Assembly: GCF_003918875.1 (NCBI RefSeq)
Contig: NW_025765503.1
Location: 1,550,001 to 1,614,000 of the forward strand
DNA from: Haliotis rubra
Lineage: Eukaryota
Reading direction: 5' to 3'
Length of the DNA: 64,000 bases
In this document: positions 38,370 to 50,487 of the stretch, one piece after another
How the letters are laid out: each line of letters opens with the position of its first letter
Numbering within the stretch: position 1 is the stretch's first letter
Notes under the pieces: generated by a model
Database searches by the model: none
What the model was told of the DNA's origin: nothing
The model's input: the letters and a program-made list of their open reading frames with translations, nothing else
Made by a program: the position numbers and the translations under genes

Positions 38370-38629
38370 GTATCATGGGACGACTGCATGAAGAGTTACG
38401 AACATCATCATTCACCCAATCAATCGGCATGATACTGATTTGTTGAATCTACGCAAAATGAAGATTTGACTTCAGAAATATGGAATGGTGTTATTGCATC
38501 AACTGAATAAAATATTCATCTGAATGTAATTAGTGTTTAAAGTATTAACAGTTTCAATCTATATTTATCTCTCGGATTGTCCAATTATCATTTGGTCAGC
38601 CGCAATAAGTTCACATTATTCGATATGTA

Positions 38630-40200
38630 AACCGAGCTTTCGTGAATGATTACCTAACTTTGACGATCAATAGGGGAGTTATCACCTGCATACCCAAACA
38701 AGGGAAAAACTGAAAATACCTAAAGAACTGGTGCCTCATACCACTACTAAACTCTATTTATAAGATAATAAGTACCTGTATCACAAATAGATTGAAACGT
38801 TCACTGGACTATTTAATTCATGAAAACCAAACAGGCTTTATTCCAGGGAGATGTATTAGTGAAAATATCAGATTACTACATGATGTATTGTTTGAAACCA
38901 GTAAACAAAATAAAACAGGCCTTCTATTGTTGATTGATTTCGAAAAAGCATTTGATACTGTTTCAAAATCATTTGTAAATAAGGTGTTACAAAAACTTGG
39001 ATTTGGCCCACATATCATGAGATGGATCTCAATCCTCACTAAAAATGCTACCTCCTGTATTATACAAAATGGGCATCTATCTGAATTCTTTCCAAACAAT
39101 AGAGGCTGCAGGCAGGGGGACCCTAACTCACCATACCTTTTTTTGTTTGTCGCAATTAGAATGATTGATATAAAGTCCTTTATTGATGCATTAACAATTT
39201 CCGCCATAAAGAGATGTTTTAAGAATGTAAGTTATAACAACCCATGTAATGTTCCAATCGGACAAATTGCGAGTATTGGGGCTAAAATAGATCAATATTG
39301 TAATGTGGACAATCCATTTTGGAAAGATGCCCTGCAAGCATGGAAGAGATATAGAGGTCTTTTTATAACTGATCAGAATGACATTTCCAAGTACTTGCAG
39401 AACCGCTCTGTTTCAATCATCAGCTTTCGGATCCATCCCTATTTATAAAGGACTGGTTTGATAATGGAATCACAGACATAAAGGACCTCTGTAACTCTAG
39501 TGGTCTATTGTCGTTTGATGATTTCAAGACCAGAAATCCAGTAAGGGGAACATTCTTAGACTATAACTGGGTGATAAAAAAAATTCCAGTGTTCTGGAGA
39601 GATGCTGTTGGTAATCATAAATTCGTAAACCAACATCTAGTAAACAATGATGCTGTACATTGTCTTATTGTAGCTTCCAAAGGTTGTAGAATGTTTTATG
39701 ACAAATTGACAAAAACTGATGTTTTATCCGAGGTGATTGGTAAATGGGAAAGCTTGATTATTATCCCTTTACCATGTAGTAATATTTTCACTAACTATAG
39801 AAACTGTACACGTGATACTAAGGTATTTGATTTCCAGTTCAGGTTTATTCATAAGATTATATATACCAAGAGCGAATTAATGAAAATGAAATTAGCAGAT
39901 AAATATATTGGTACATTTTGCAAAACAGAACCTGAAGATATTGTCCATGTTTTCATCTCTTGTGAATATGTACAGACGTTTTGGAATGATTTAAGAGTGT
40001 TTCTTAGAAACAAAAAAAACTTGTAGTAGTGAAACTAAAAAGGCTACAACAAAAAAAACCAATGGCTAATGAGGTCAAGTGAGCGGCGTTGTCAATGTTC
40101 TCAATGATTTCAAGGCAGTATGTATTTGCCAAATGCAAGACTATTGGCTGACATGAATTGAACGCACATCTGAGGTAATTTTCATGGACACAGACAAACA
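38630..40200 (+). pseudogene. Non-LTR retrotransposon (L1/Tx1-type) ORF2 relic, internally deleted
   Basis: IHENQTGFIPGRCISENIRL, LIDFEKAFDTV, GCRQGDP.SPYLF; YADD region missing; C-terminal FC...EDIVHVFISC; stops and frameshifts. Confidence 0.88.
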
Positions 40201-42319
40201 ACTGAAAACTCTCAAAATGCGTACACACAATGTGAATGCGAATGAATGGTATTCATCTCGATGTTAGGAAACTCCATACAGTTTCCTTCAGGATTTGATT
40301 TGTTCGTTCGTCCTGCACAAATACAGGTCTTACAAAATTAGAACCTAAGAGGAATCATTTTCGTTCGACTGACGTTGTCACCGGTTCAATGGTTGTTTAC
40401 TTAAACGTCGCATTTATAAAAAAAACAACATTAAACAAAACGAAAAACATATTCATCTGTATTATGTCAAAACAGAAATATGAATACAGTGAGGTCAACC
40501 ATTATGTTTTGAAATTTCACTTTGGGGTGTCATTATTTGAGAACCATGTTATATGATTGGATACAGATTTGGGTGAATTTAGAAAATGATTATTCCATTT
40601 CACACCTTGCTAAGAAGTTAGCTCATAACAAGCCAAATGAGTGCAAACGTGTTTTACATTTTATATGATGTGCACTTGAACTTGTATTGTTCCAGGTACA
40701 ATCCGAATATTTCACACTGGTGCTGAAAATGATTTGACTTGTCTGTCGGGATAAAGTGAGTCACACAACCTTAAAATGATAAACGATTAATTAACAGTTA
40801 CACAGAGACACATTTGAGCGATCAAAGAGCATACATAAAACTACGGTTTTATTTAATGTGATCACCACTGAGACGAAGTCAAAGCATCCATTTTAATTTT
40901 ATTTACCGATATCCCAGCAACAGATTGAACTGGAGAAGTATTTAATGTCTCTGTTACCAAACAAGCCCTGGAGAGAGCCAATAACCCAGCAAGACTCCAT
41001 ACACCTGAATCGGCATCGGATGCATCTAATTGGTCCTACCATTCATAAATACTCACTCACATAATATAGATCAAGGAACGTATAGGAAAAGGTTAAAAGT
41101 TAAACTATACATTAAGCAGCTCAGTTAAAAGTAGACTTGACACAGGTAAACTCGTTACTACGTTCAAATGCATAATCATACCCTCATAAGCGACCCCACC
41201 TCATGTGAATCGCTTAGCTCCTATTCAGACTGATAAATGAACTGTTTTACATTTTCTACACCTGTCAAAGATTAGAATGAGACTTATATATTTACCTCTC
41301 ATCTCCTTTGTTAAGCGCGTGATGTTGATCAGACGTACAGTACATACACACGATGGTCAATGAGGCATATTCACATGTAAACTCTCATTGTAATATTACC
41401 AGCGAAATGAACACAAACAAGTTTCTTTTACAGAATATTATTTAATATTGTAATGTAATTAGGCACGAATCAAAACATAAGCAAACTGTTAATATAATAT
41501 TAATTTGATCAATTTAGAATTTAAAATGTTGCGATTTATGTGTGACGCTTAGGCCGGTCGTTACGCCTCATTAGCTTCGCGTGGGGATAAATTTAATTCT
41601 TAAAGTTCGACGGTTTAGAATATTGCCACGATGATTACATCCACTTCATTCCCTGTATCCCAAATATATGGTAACACTGGTGATTGATGAGTTCACAGCC
41701 GAAGCGAAATTAAGTTTATGAGAAACAGAGCTTCGAGTGAGAACCACTTGTGCTCGCTAGTACATTTATTAAAGAACGTGAATGTGAAACAAAGAACATA
41801 AAAAGTCAAACCTCATGTTTTACCTGAAGTGCATTAGAAACAGTGTGGAAAGCACTTTGGTTCACTTGTGCTTTATCTTTACATTCATTATATCCTACAT
41901 ATATTGAAACATACGAATGCAAAAGCAACTTTGAAAACAAAGGTTTTTGGTTTTAAAGCTCTTTTTCGAAATTCAAATTTAATAGTGTAACAGACAGATC
42001 TGACAGATTTGCATAAGCCGTTGAACATGATGACCTCATATTTCCTAACTGCCTATTTCACAGGCTGCTGTTGCATGGCTGTTGTCTGTTCCTCTACCAG
42101 AAATTGTTAACTAAATGTGGTTGACCAAGTGATAATATGATAATATATAGAGAGTTGCATTGGAACTGTTAACGCATTGATTACAATCAGATTAATAACT
42201 TATGCAGTTCATACGATACTAGTATTTTCAAAGTGAAATCCTCGTTTTGCTTGCATTGAATAAAATCCGATTCCTTCTGATTGGATGAATATGATGTCCT
42301 TGCAGTCGTCTAATGACAC

Positions 42320-42383
42320 GGTCACGTGGTGCACATAATGTTGTGGAAAGTGACCACGTGACCTCTGAAGATAGGTATATATG
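42320..42383 (+). promoter_or_regulatory. Gene 5 promoter: inverted E-box pair plus TATA
   Basis: GGTCACGTGG 42320, CCACGTGACC 42354, TATATA 42377. Confidence 0.75.
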
Positions 42384-42452
42384 TAGGCAAACTCATAGTG
42401 ATAGAATCAGTCATCTCATCACTGGTGTATTGGCTAGTCAAGTCTGTTCATC

Positions 42453-43372
42453 ATGAAGGTAATGTAAACGATCTGCATTTTGTTTTCATCACGTTTATAG
42501 CGTTCTTTTGGTGGGGATTGCTGACTCTGAAAGATATTATGCTTTGTCCGTGAAAACAGGTTGTCAGCATACACATTATGAGACAGATGTATTATCATAT
42601 GTGTATCAGTTCTGTGGTATAACCCCGTTAAGTCGTTGATTGTTTAAATCATGGTTTCATTATGAAAACGTACATTTATTGGCAGCTTCATATGTGCCTG
42701 ATTATATAATATGTTTCGTATTTTCATGACAGAGGTATCTTAGATTCAACTTATTCTTTTTTTCAGGTCGTCGTCGTTGTGTTGTCCGTCATGGTCTGCT
42801 CTGCCATGGCCCAAGTGCCTCTCCTTGGTAAAGGAGTTGGAACTTTGGGCGTTGGCTTTAACAATGGACATATTGCCGGTAAAGGCTATGGCTACAACCC
42901 CTACAATAACTATGGCTACAGTGGATACGGTAACGGTAAAGGTGTTGGCAACGTTGGTGTTGTTGGTAAAGGTGTTGGCAACGTTGCTGTTGTTGGTAAA
43001 GGCTATGACTACAACCCCTACAACAACTATGGCTACAGTGGATACGGTAAAGGTGTTGACAACGTTGGTGTTGTTGGTACAGGCTATGGCTACAACCCCT
43101 ACAACAACAACTATGGGTACAACGGCAATGGCTACGGTAAAGGCGTTGGTAACGTTGGTGCTGGAAAAGCTTACGGAAACGACTACAACCCTTACAACTA
43201 CAACAACAATGGCTACGGTAAAGGTGTTGCTGGTCAGGGAGCTGGTCTTGTAGGACACGGACCTTTCGTTGGACACGGTCCCTTCATTGCTGGACACGGC
43301 CTCTACGGACATGATGGCAACATTGCTGGACATGGACCTTTCGTCGGAAACGGTGTTTATGGACATGGTTGA
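42453..43372 (+). CDS. Secreted Gly/Tyr/Asn/His-rich protein, copy 5 (203 aa)
   Basis: Exon 1 42453-42458, exon 2 42767-43372. TGA, then an open tail to TAG 43438. Confidence 0.88.
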
Positions 43373-43830
43373 CCCTTCGGTGGTGATAGAGTTGCTGTTT
43401 CAGTTGTTAGCAAAACCAGTCCCTATTACTACCTTTAGATATATGTGCTGAAATGCCTCAAGTGTGAATGTATTTATACTGTATTGATTTGTTCTCAATT
43501 AATAAATAAAATGAACCCAAACTATCCATGTATTGTGTTCATTCCAACAACCGGATTCGTGGGTGTGTTTGTTCTGTTAAATGTTGTGCACCTGGCCCCA
43601 AAACAATCTTTCATTAACGAGTTTCTTAGATTACTATCTACGATTAGATATCGGTCATGTTTTATTCTCATGATAATCCCCACACAAGTACAGTAAAGGA
43701 AGCTAAAATAATAGTGTATGATGCTACAATCAATAATAATTTGTACATATGATGGGCTCCTGTAACAAGATACCTTTTAATGACACATTTAATTTTGTAC
43801 AAATGCAATACAATTATTGTAATGACTAGT

Positions 43831-44952
43831 CATAGGCGTAGGAACTGGGGGGGGGGGCAGCTAGAAAAATATGGGCCCCATTTTTCAAGCTGGAAATTTT
43901 TGTAGGGACCATAATAGAGAATTAAACACGAATTCAAGCCTCTGGTAACGTCGAAAAAAATAACATGATCAAAAAAAAAAATTCCGCTAATGATAGAATC
44001 CAAATTTTTTAATTCATGTCACTCAAAAGTGAAAGTAGAGGCAGTCAGGCTGTTATTAACAGCAAACATGGATTCGAATCAGCGGTAAGTTGACAACATA
44101 CATTGACATTACAGTGTAGTCTATACAGTAACATTTAGTTTACAGTAATAGCCATATTTTAAGTATAATAGGTGCTGTTTGATTTATTTATTGAAAATGT
44201 AAACAATAACAATAAGACACGATTTCAAACTCATACATTGGCAGTGAGAGAGCTGGTTTTATCTGAAAGCCGAATTCATGTATGAAATAAGAATGGCTGC
44301 ATTATTATACCCCCGCTACGACGTAGTCGCTGGTATATAGCGCTCAGCCCGTCCGCCCGTGTGTCCGTGCGTCCGGAATGGTTTCTCTGAGCATAACTCA
44401 AAAACTATACCACTTACAAACTTCAAATTTGGCATGGAACTTACCCTTATGCTGCCATTATGGGTTTTGGCTTTCAATTGCATGATGCCAAAATTGAAAG
44501 ATTTCCTAAAATATTATTTTGGTATTCAATAATGGTATTGAAGGCGATCAGACTATAAGCGGGGGTATGTGAGCTGTGCTCACTTCTGCCTTGTTATTGA
44601 ATGTAATTATAATATATTTATAGTATAAAACTATTGTTTTTCAGTACCCTATTGTTCTATTTGTCAGCACCCAAAATATGATTATCATAAAGAAAAAAAT
44701 TACAGTGACTCCAATTTCTTATTTTTCAGATATTTAAGACCAAATATAAAGAGAATAAGTTGTTATAAAGACCTTCTTGTGAAGTATTCTAAAGCTGCAG
44801 ACAAGGGCTGGGACACTCTTTGTGGAGAAATTGCAAAGCAAGTGAACTCGTCTGTCCTTTTCATATATCCCTCTCTCCACCCCACACCCCACCCCCGTTA
44901 TCAATTTCGAAATCTTGCCCCCCCCAACTTTTAAACTGTTCCTACGCCTATG
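43831..44952. mobile_element. Non-autonomous DNA transposon (MITE-like, possibly hAT-related)
   Basis: 15-bp TIR CATAGGCGTAGGAAC (43831-43845) / GTTCCTACGCCTATG (44938-44952); 5-bp TSD CTAGT; empty site visible in the inverted paralog at ~47326. Confidence 0.85.
44302..44595 (+). mobile_element. Helentron-associated HINE (DINE-1-like) nested in the MITE
   Basis: subTIRs ATACCCCCGCT / AGCGGGGGTAT, GTCC microsatellite, 3' stem-loop GTGAGC-TGT-GCTCAC, TT ends. Confidence 0.8.
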
Positions 44953-46179
44953 CTAGTCACTTTCCAGGTGCTGCTGCATTCATTTTCTTGCATAATATCT
45001 GTGAAATAGAGCACACATCTATGCATGCATGCATGCATGCATGCATGCGTGCGCGTGCGCGTGCATGTAAAATAGGAACGACAAATCAACCCCATATCTA
45101 TATGAAATCTCCGCTTTAACCTGTCTATTGTTTCCATCAGCATTTGCTTGTGAATCAATATCGAATAATACGTCACACTCACACGTGGGATGATATGTGA
45201 TGATATCTACTTTGCCAATCGCAATAGCACATTAGGGACACTTTAATAAACTGTCAGCTGAATGATACTCTTTTCTATCATATTCAACCATGGTTCCTCA
45301 CATGTTTTATTTTATCTGATAAAACCATTCATAGATTCGGTTCAAACTAAGCATTTTAAATTACCTGCTAGTTGAACGTTTTCAACCTAACCGTAAATCA
45401 GTATAGTTATTTACAGTCTTTCACTTTCTCTTGTTAGTTCATCGACCTTAATTTTGTGAGTATAAACCCATTAAATGCAATGGATGTGGAATCAGGCGTA
45501 TGGACCCAAGCAGGGTTAATGACATTGCCAGTGGGGTGTTGGTGGAAGACATTCAACACGTCTTCAGTTCCTTGGATAACGTGAAGTAGACGTAAAATGA
45601 GGCCTTAGAATTCGTCTCAGTGGCAATCACATTAAAGAAAATCGTGATAAAACCCTCAAAGTATTTGTTGTTAATTATTTGTGCTCCTGAATTATTACAA
45701 TTTGGATCTATTAGCCTTTTCAGTGGCTAGCTATAAATACTCATCACTGTAACGTTGTGGGACTCGTAGAATCGCATTGCTTCAGCGATGATTGCAGTGT
45801 CATTATCTTTGGGTGTGACAACAACGCCTCGAAATGCCTGTGGCAGTGCATAAACAGACGTAAAATAAAATAAACAACATCACAACAGATTGAAATAGAC
45901 CTGGAGTGAAAACTACATAAGATAGATGCATGGAAGAAAATTGATTGAACAGATCACAATGTCAACGTAAAGAAAACTGGAAATGATACTCATACACCGT
46001 CTAATAATGTTGTCACAGCAGCTCATATTGAGGTGGGGTGTCACAATCGAATGTTTAAAAACTGCACAAGGGCTAGAGCACACGGAAAATCCCTCAAGTT
46101 CTAAAACACGGACCAGTAGTAACGTGTCTGACCTCCCCGTGCCTCAATACACGCAAGAACCCTCCGACGCACAGAAAAC

Positions 46180-46335
46180 AATTAGTCGTCTGTTGACGTC
46201 ACGTGGTATACGTTGCCATTCTTCTTGAAGGGTCTGGATGAGCTCTTGTCTGTTGGCTGGTGGGTGTGGTCGCTGTCGAACACGCCGATCCATGGCATCG
46301 CAGAGGTGTTCAATCGGTGACATTTCTGGGGACAT
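46180..46335 (-). pseudogene. Tc1/mariner transposase C-terminal fragment
   Basis: SPEMSPIEHLCDAMDRRVRQRPHPPANRQELIQTLQEEWQRIP matches the SPDLSPIE.LW motif and following helices. Confidence 0.8.
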
Positions 46336-46927
46336 TAGCCTCATCTGGGGAGAAATATAACGGTTTATAAGATTGCCACAGTGATTACATCCATCTCATT
46401 CTCTAAATCTCAAACCGCCACTAAGTCGACTTCTAAAGCCTCATTTCACGTCTACTTCACGTTATCCAAAGAACAGAAGAAGTGTTGACACTCCACAGCC
46501 AAGGTCATTGACTCGGCATGTGTCTGTACGCCTGATTCCACATCTATTGCATTTAATTAGTCTTTCTTTAATGTATACTCTCAAAATAAAGATCGAGGAA
46601 CTAAACAGAAGAAAGTTAAAGACTGCAAATAACTATACTGTTTTACGGTTGGGTTGAAACAATTCAACTAGCTGGTAAGTTCAAATGATTTGTTTGAACC
46701 ACAAAAGCAACACAGACTCACATGGAACGCGTGAGTCGTATTGATACAGATACATGTAAATGTACCGTTTCCTGCAATTTCGACAGTATAATATATTAAT
46801 GCAATAATCAGGGGTAATCTATGAATGATTTTAACTGATAAAATGAAAAGTTGTAGAAAGCATGGTTGAATATGATGGAAATAGCTGACAGTTCATTAAA
46901 GTGTCCCCAATGTTCTATTGCGGTCTT

Positions 46928-47075
46928 GGGGCGATGGGGTAGCCTAGTGGTTAAAGCGTTTGCTCGTCACGCCGAAGACCCGGGTTCGAATCCCCACATG
47001 GGTACATGGTGTCCCCCGCCGTGATGTTGCTGGAATATTGTTAAAAGCAGCGTAAAACCAAACTCAGTCAGTCAG
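46928..47075 (+). mobile_element. tRNA-derived SINE with TSD
   Basis: Box A TAGCCTAGTGG, box B GGTTCGAATCC, (CAGT)n tail. TSD-like TCTATTGCG at 46914 and 47076. Absent at the paralogous site ~52415. Confidence 0.88.
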
Positions 47076-49530
47076 TCTATTGCGAGTTTGACAAAGTAGA
47101 TATCATCGCATGTCTTCCCCTGTGTGAGTGTCACGTATTATTGGATATTGATTCATCAGCAAACACTGATGAAAACAATAGTCAGGTTAAAGCGGAGATT
47201 TCCTATAAATATGAATTTGATTTCTCGTTCCTATTTTACACATACACACGCATGCTTGCATAGATGTGTGCTCTATTGCACAGATATGATGCACGCCAAA
47301 TGAATGCAGCAGCACCTGGAAAGTACTAGTCATTATAATAGTAGCCTTGTGCAACGTATGGACAGTTTTATACAGTAATATCAATGGCCTCGACATCAGT
47401 ATAGTTCATTGTAAAAATCATCGTCAAGCATCATACAAATCCCTATCACGAAGCTGTGTAGAAAACAACGAATCGATATCAGCATCAACGACAACCACAA
47501 ACAATCAATCAGATCATCCAGAATGTGTCTCCCCTCGTGGTCACCTGGCCTAGTGCAATAGAATATTCATCATGCCTGACTTCAAAGCCTAATTTTAGGT
47601 AATCCTGATGCCCACTAGATTCAAAGTTAAGGGAATGATCAAACACATATCTGTGTTGAGGTTTTTTATGTGATATGAGCAGGTTAATCCGTGAGTTAAA
47701 AAATTTCATCGCATCGGCAATATCACAGCCACATAGCGATGAAAACAAGTTCATCGGTTAATCCATGATGTACTGGTAAATGGACGTGACATGCTTTGTT
47801 ACGTCACATGGGTGTTGAAGGATAGTAGGGCTTATCTGTCGGGAATAAGTCAGTCTCACTCATAACGTTAATATGATGAATATGTATGATACGCCGTATG
47901 TTATATAGACACACATTAAAATAATCCCCGAAAATACACGATTTACGAACAGACACTGGCAATATAAAATCACTGTGTTTAATGTAATCAACATTAAGAT
48001 GACTTCTTATATAATTAGTGTTAATTTGAATTTTATTTTCAGATATCCTAGTAACGACTGGAACCTGACCTGAAGTGTTGAAGGTCTTCATTGCCCAACA
48101 CGCCCCTAGCAATGGCCATAACCCTGCAAGACTCCACACAACTGTTTGCATCGTTTGCATTTATTAGTCCTTCCAGTCACGGATTCTCACAAATTTAATG
48201 TAGATCAATGCACGTAAAGGAGAAAGTTAGAGATTAAAATATAAACTACATCACTGATGTTTAGGTAGATTTGACACAGTAAACCTCAATACGAAGTTCA
48301 AACGCATTTATACAACCTCAAAGCATCACGATGTAATGTGGATCACTCATATTGATATATGAACTGTTTCCTTCAGTTTCTACAACTGTCAAAGATTAGA
48401 ATGAGACTTATATATGTTGCCTCTTACCTCTTTTGTTACGCATGTGCTATTGATCAGATGTACAGTACATACACACGATGGTCAATAGCAGAAATGTATC
48501 TATAGATACAAATTCAGTATGATATAAGTAGCAAAATGAGCAAACACAGTTTTTTTACACAGAATATTATTAGATACACTAATGTAATTAAAACAATACA
48601 ATTTATACCTAAAATATTCATTTAATGTCATTTTAATCTATTTAGAAATCAAAATGCAGCAATTCCTGTGCGACAGTTAGACCGGACGTTACGCCTCATT
48701 AGCGTCATGTGGGGATAAATAGAAATTGTTTAAGTTCGACAGTTTCAATGATTGTCACAATGATTACATGAACCTCATTCACTGTATCCCAAATATACGG
48801 TAGCAGTGGTCATTTGTGAGTTCACAGCCGAAGCGATATTAAGTTTATGAGAAACAGAGTTTCAAGTGGGATTACTTCTGCTCACTAGTGCATGTATTAA
48901 AGAACGCGGATGTGAAACAAAGAGCATAGACAGTCATACCTCAATTTTTCCCCGAAACATGCCATTGTAATAAAAACATACTTTCATATTGAAACATACG
49001 AATGCAAAAACAGCTTGAAATATATACAGTTTTTGGTTTCAAAGCTCCTTATTCGAAAATCAAATTTAATAGCGTGACAGACATATCTGCATATTTGCAT
49101 TAGTCGTTGAAAGTTGTGACCACATATGCTTTTGCTCTCTATCAATTATGAAAAAAACATAAATATGGCAGCGAATAGTATTGTATTTGGTAAGTACATA
49201 GTGCCTTGAAATAATTGGAACATTGACAACATCCCTCACATTACCTCAATAATCAACTGGCTGCTTTGTAATTGCTCTAATAGAAGCTATTGGTTAACTA
49301 ATGGTTAACCATGTGACAATATGATAATATAGAGAGAGTTGCATTGAAACTGTTCATACTTCAAACTTTGTTTACAATCAGATATTTATATTTTATCCAG
49401 TTGATCGAATAATAACATTCCAGAATTTTTAAGTGAAATCCTAAATTTGCTTACATTAAACAAAGTCCAATTCCCACTGACTGGGTGAGTAATGATGTTC
49501 GTAACTCTCCATGCGGTCGGCTAATGACAC

Positions 49531-49604
49531 AGTCACGTGGTGCACATATAACAGATATAATGGTGTTGAAAGTGACCACGTGACCCCTGAAGATAAGTAT
49601 ATAT
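49531..49604 (+). promoter_or_regulatory. Gene 6 promoter: inverted E-box pair plus TATA
   Basis: AGTCACGTGG 49531, CCACGTGACC 49576, TATATA 49598. Confidence 0.75.
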
Positions 49605-49674
49605 GAAGACAACCTCATAGTGATAGTATCAGTCATCCCATCACTGGTGTATCGTCTAATCAATTCTGTTCATC

Positions 49675-50487
49675 ATGAAGGTAACGTTCCATTTTGTTTC
49701 CATCACGTTTCAACGTTCATTTGGTGGGGATTGGTGACTCTGAAAGGTTTGTTATGTTCGTGTAAACAGGTTGTCAACATACAAATTGTGAGATAGATTT
49801 ACGATCATACGTGCACCAACCTTTAGATCTGTGGTATAATCTCGTTAAGGCGTTCATTGTTCACATTATCCATTCATCATAGTTTTATTCTGACACATTT
49901 ACATGTATACTTTTATTGGGAACATGAACATGATTTTAAAATATCTTTCCTATTTTCATGACAGAGTTATCGTATTTTCAACTTATCTTTGTTTTCAGTT
50001 CGCCGTCGCTGTGTTGTCCGCCATGGTCTGCTCTGCCATGGCGCAGGTGCATCTCCTAGGTAAAGGAGCTGGAACTTTCGGCGTTGGCTTCAACAATGGA
50101 CGTTTTGCTGGAAAAGGCTATGGCTACAACCCATACAATAACTATGGCTACAGTGGATACGGTAAAGGTGTTGGCAACGTTGGCGTTGCTGGTACAGGCT
50201 ATGGCTACAACCCCTACAACAACAACTATGGGTACAACGGCTATGGCTATGGTAAAGGCGTTGGCAACGTTGGTGCCGGAAAAGCTTACGGTAACGTCTA
50301 TAACCCCTACAACTACAACAACAATGGCTACGGTAAAGGTCTTGCTGGTCACGGAGCTGGTCTTGTAGGACACGGACCATTTGTTGGACACGGTCCCTTC
50401 ATTGCTGGACACGGCCTTTACGGACATGATGGCAGCTTTGCTGGACATGGACCTTTCGTCGGAAACGGTGTTTATGGACATGGTTGA
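49675..50487 (+). CDS. Secreted Gly/Tyr/Asn/His-rich protein, copy 6 (164 aa)
   Basis: Exon 1 49675-49680, exon 2 49999-50487. TGA, then an open tail to TAG 50553. Confidence 0.88.

Larger units (their letters stand above)
44953..47331. repeat. Large inverted duplication (arms ~44953-45610 and ~46431-47331)
   Basis: For example TTTCCAGGTGCTGCTGCATTCATTT (~44960) vs AAATGAATGCAGCAGCACCTGGAAA (~47298), and GTGAAGTAGACGT (~45581) vs ACGTCTACTTCAC (~46448). Confidence 0.85.

Noticed and set aside
49903-49998. N-terminal extensions of the ORF-track calls for copies 6 and 7 (MYTFIGNMNM...)
   Set aside because: Intronic sequence upstream of the conserved acceptor; the true start is the ATGAAG micro-exon.
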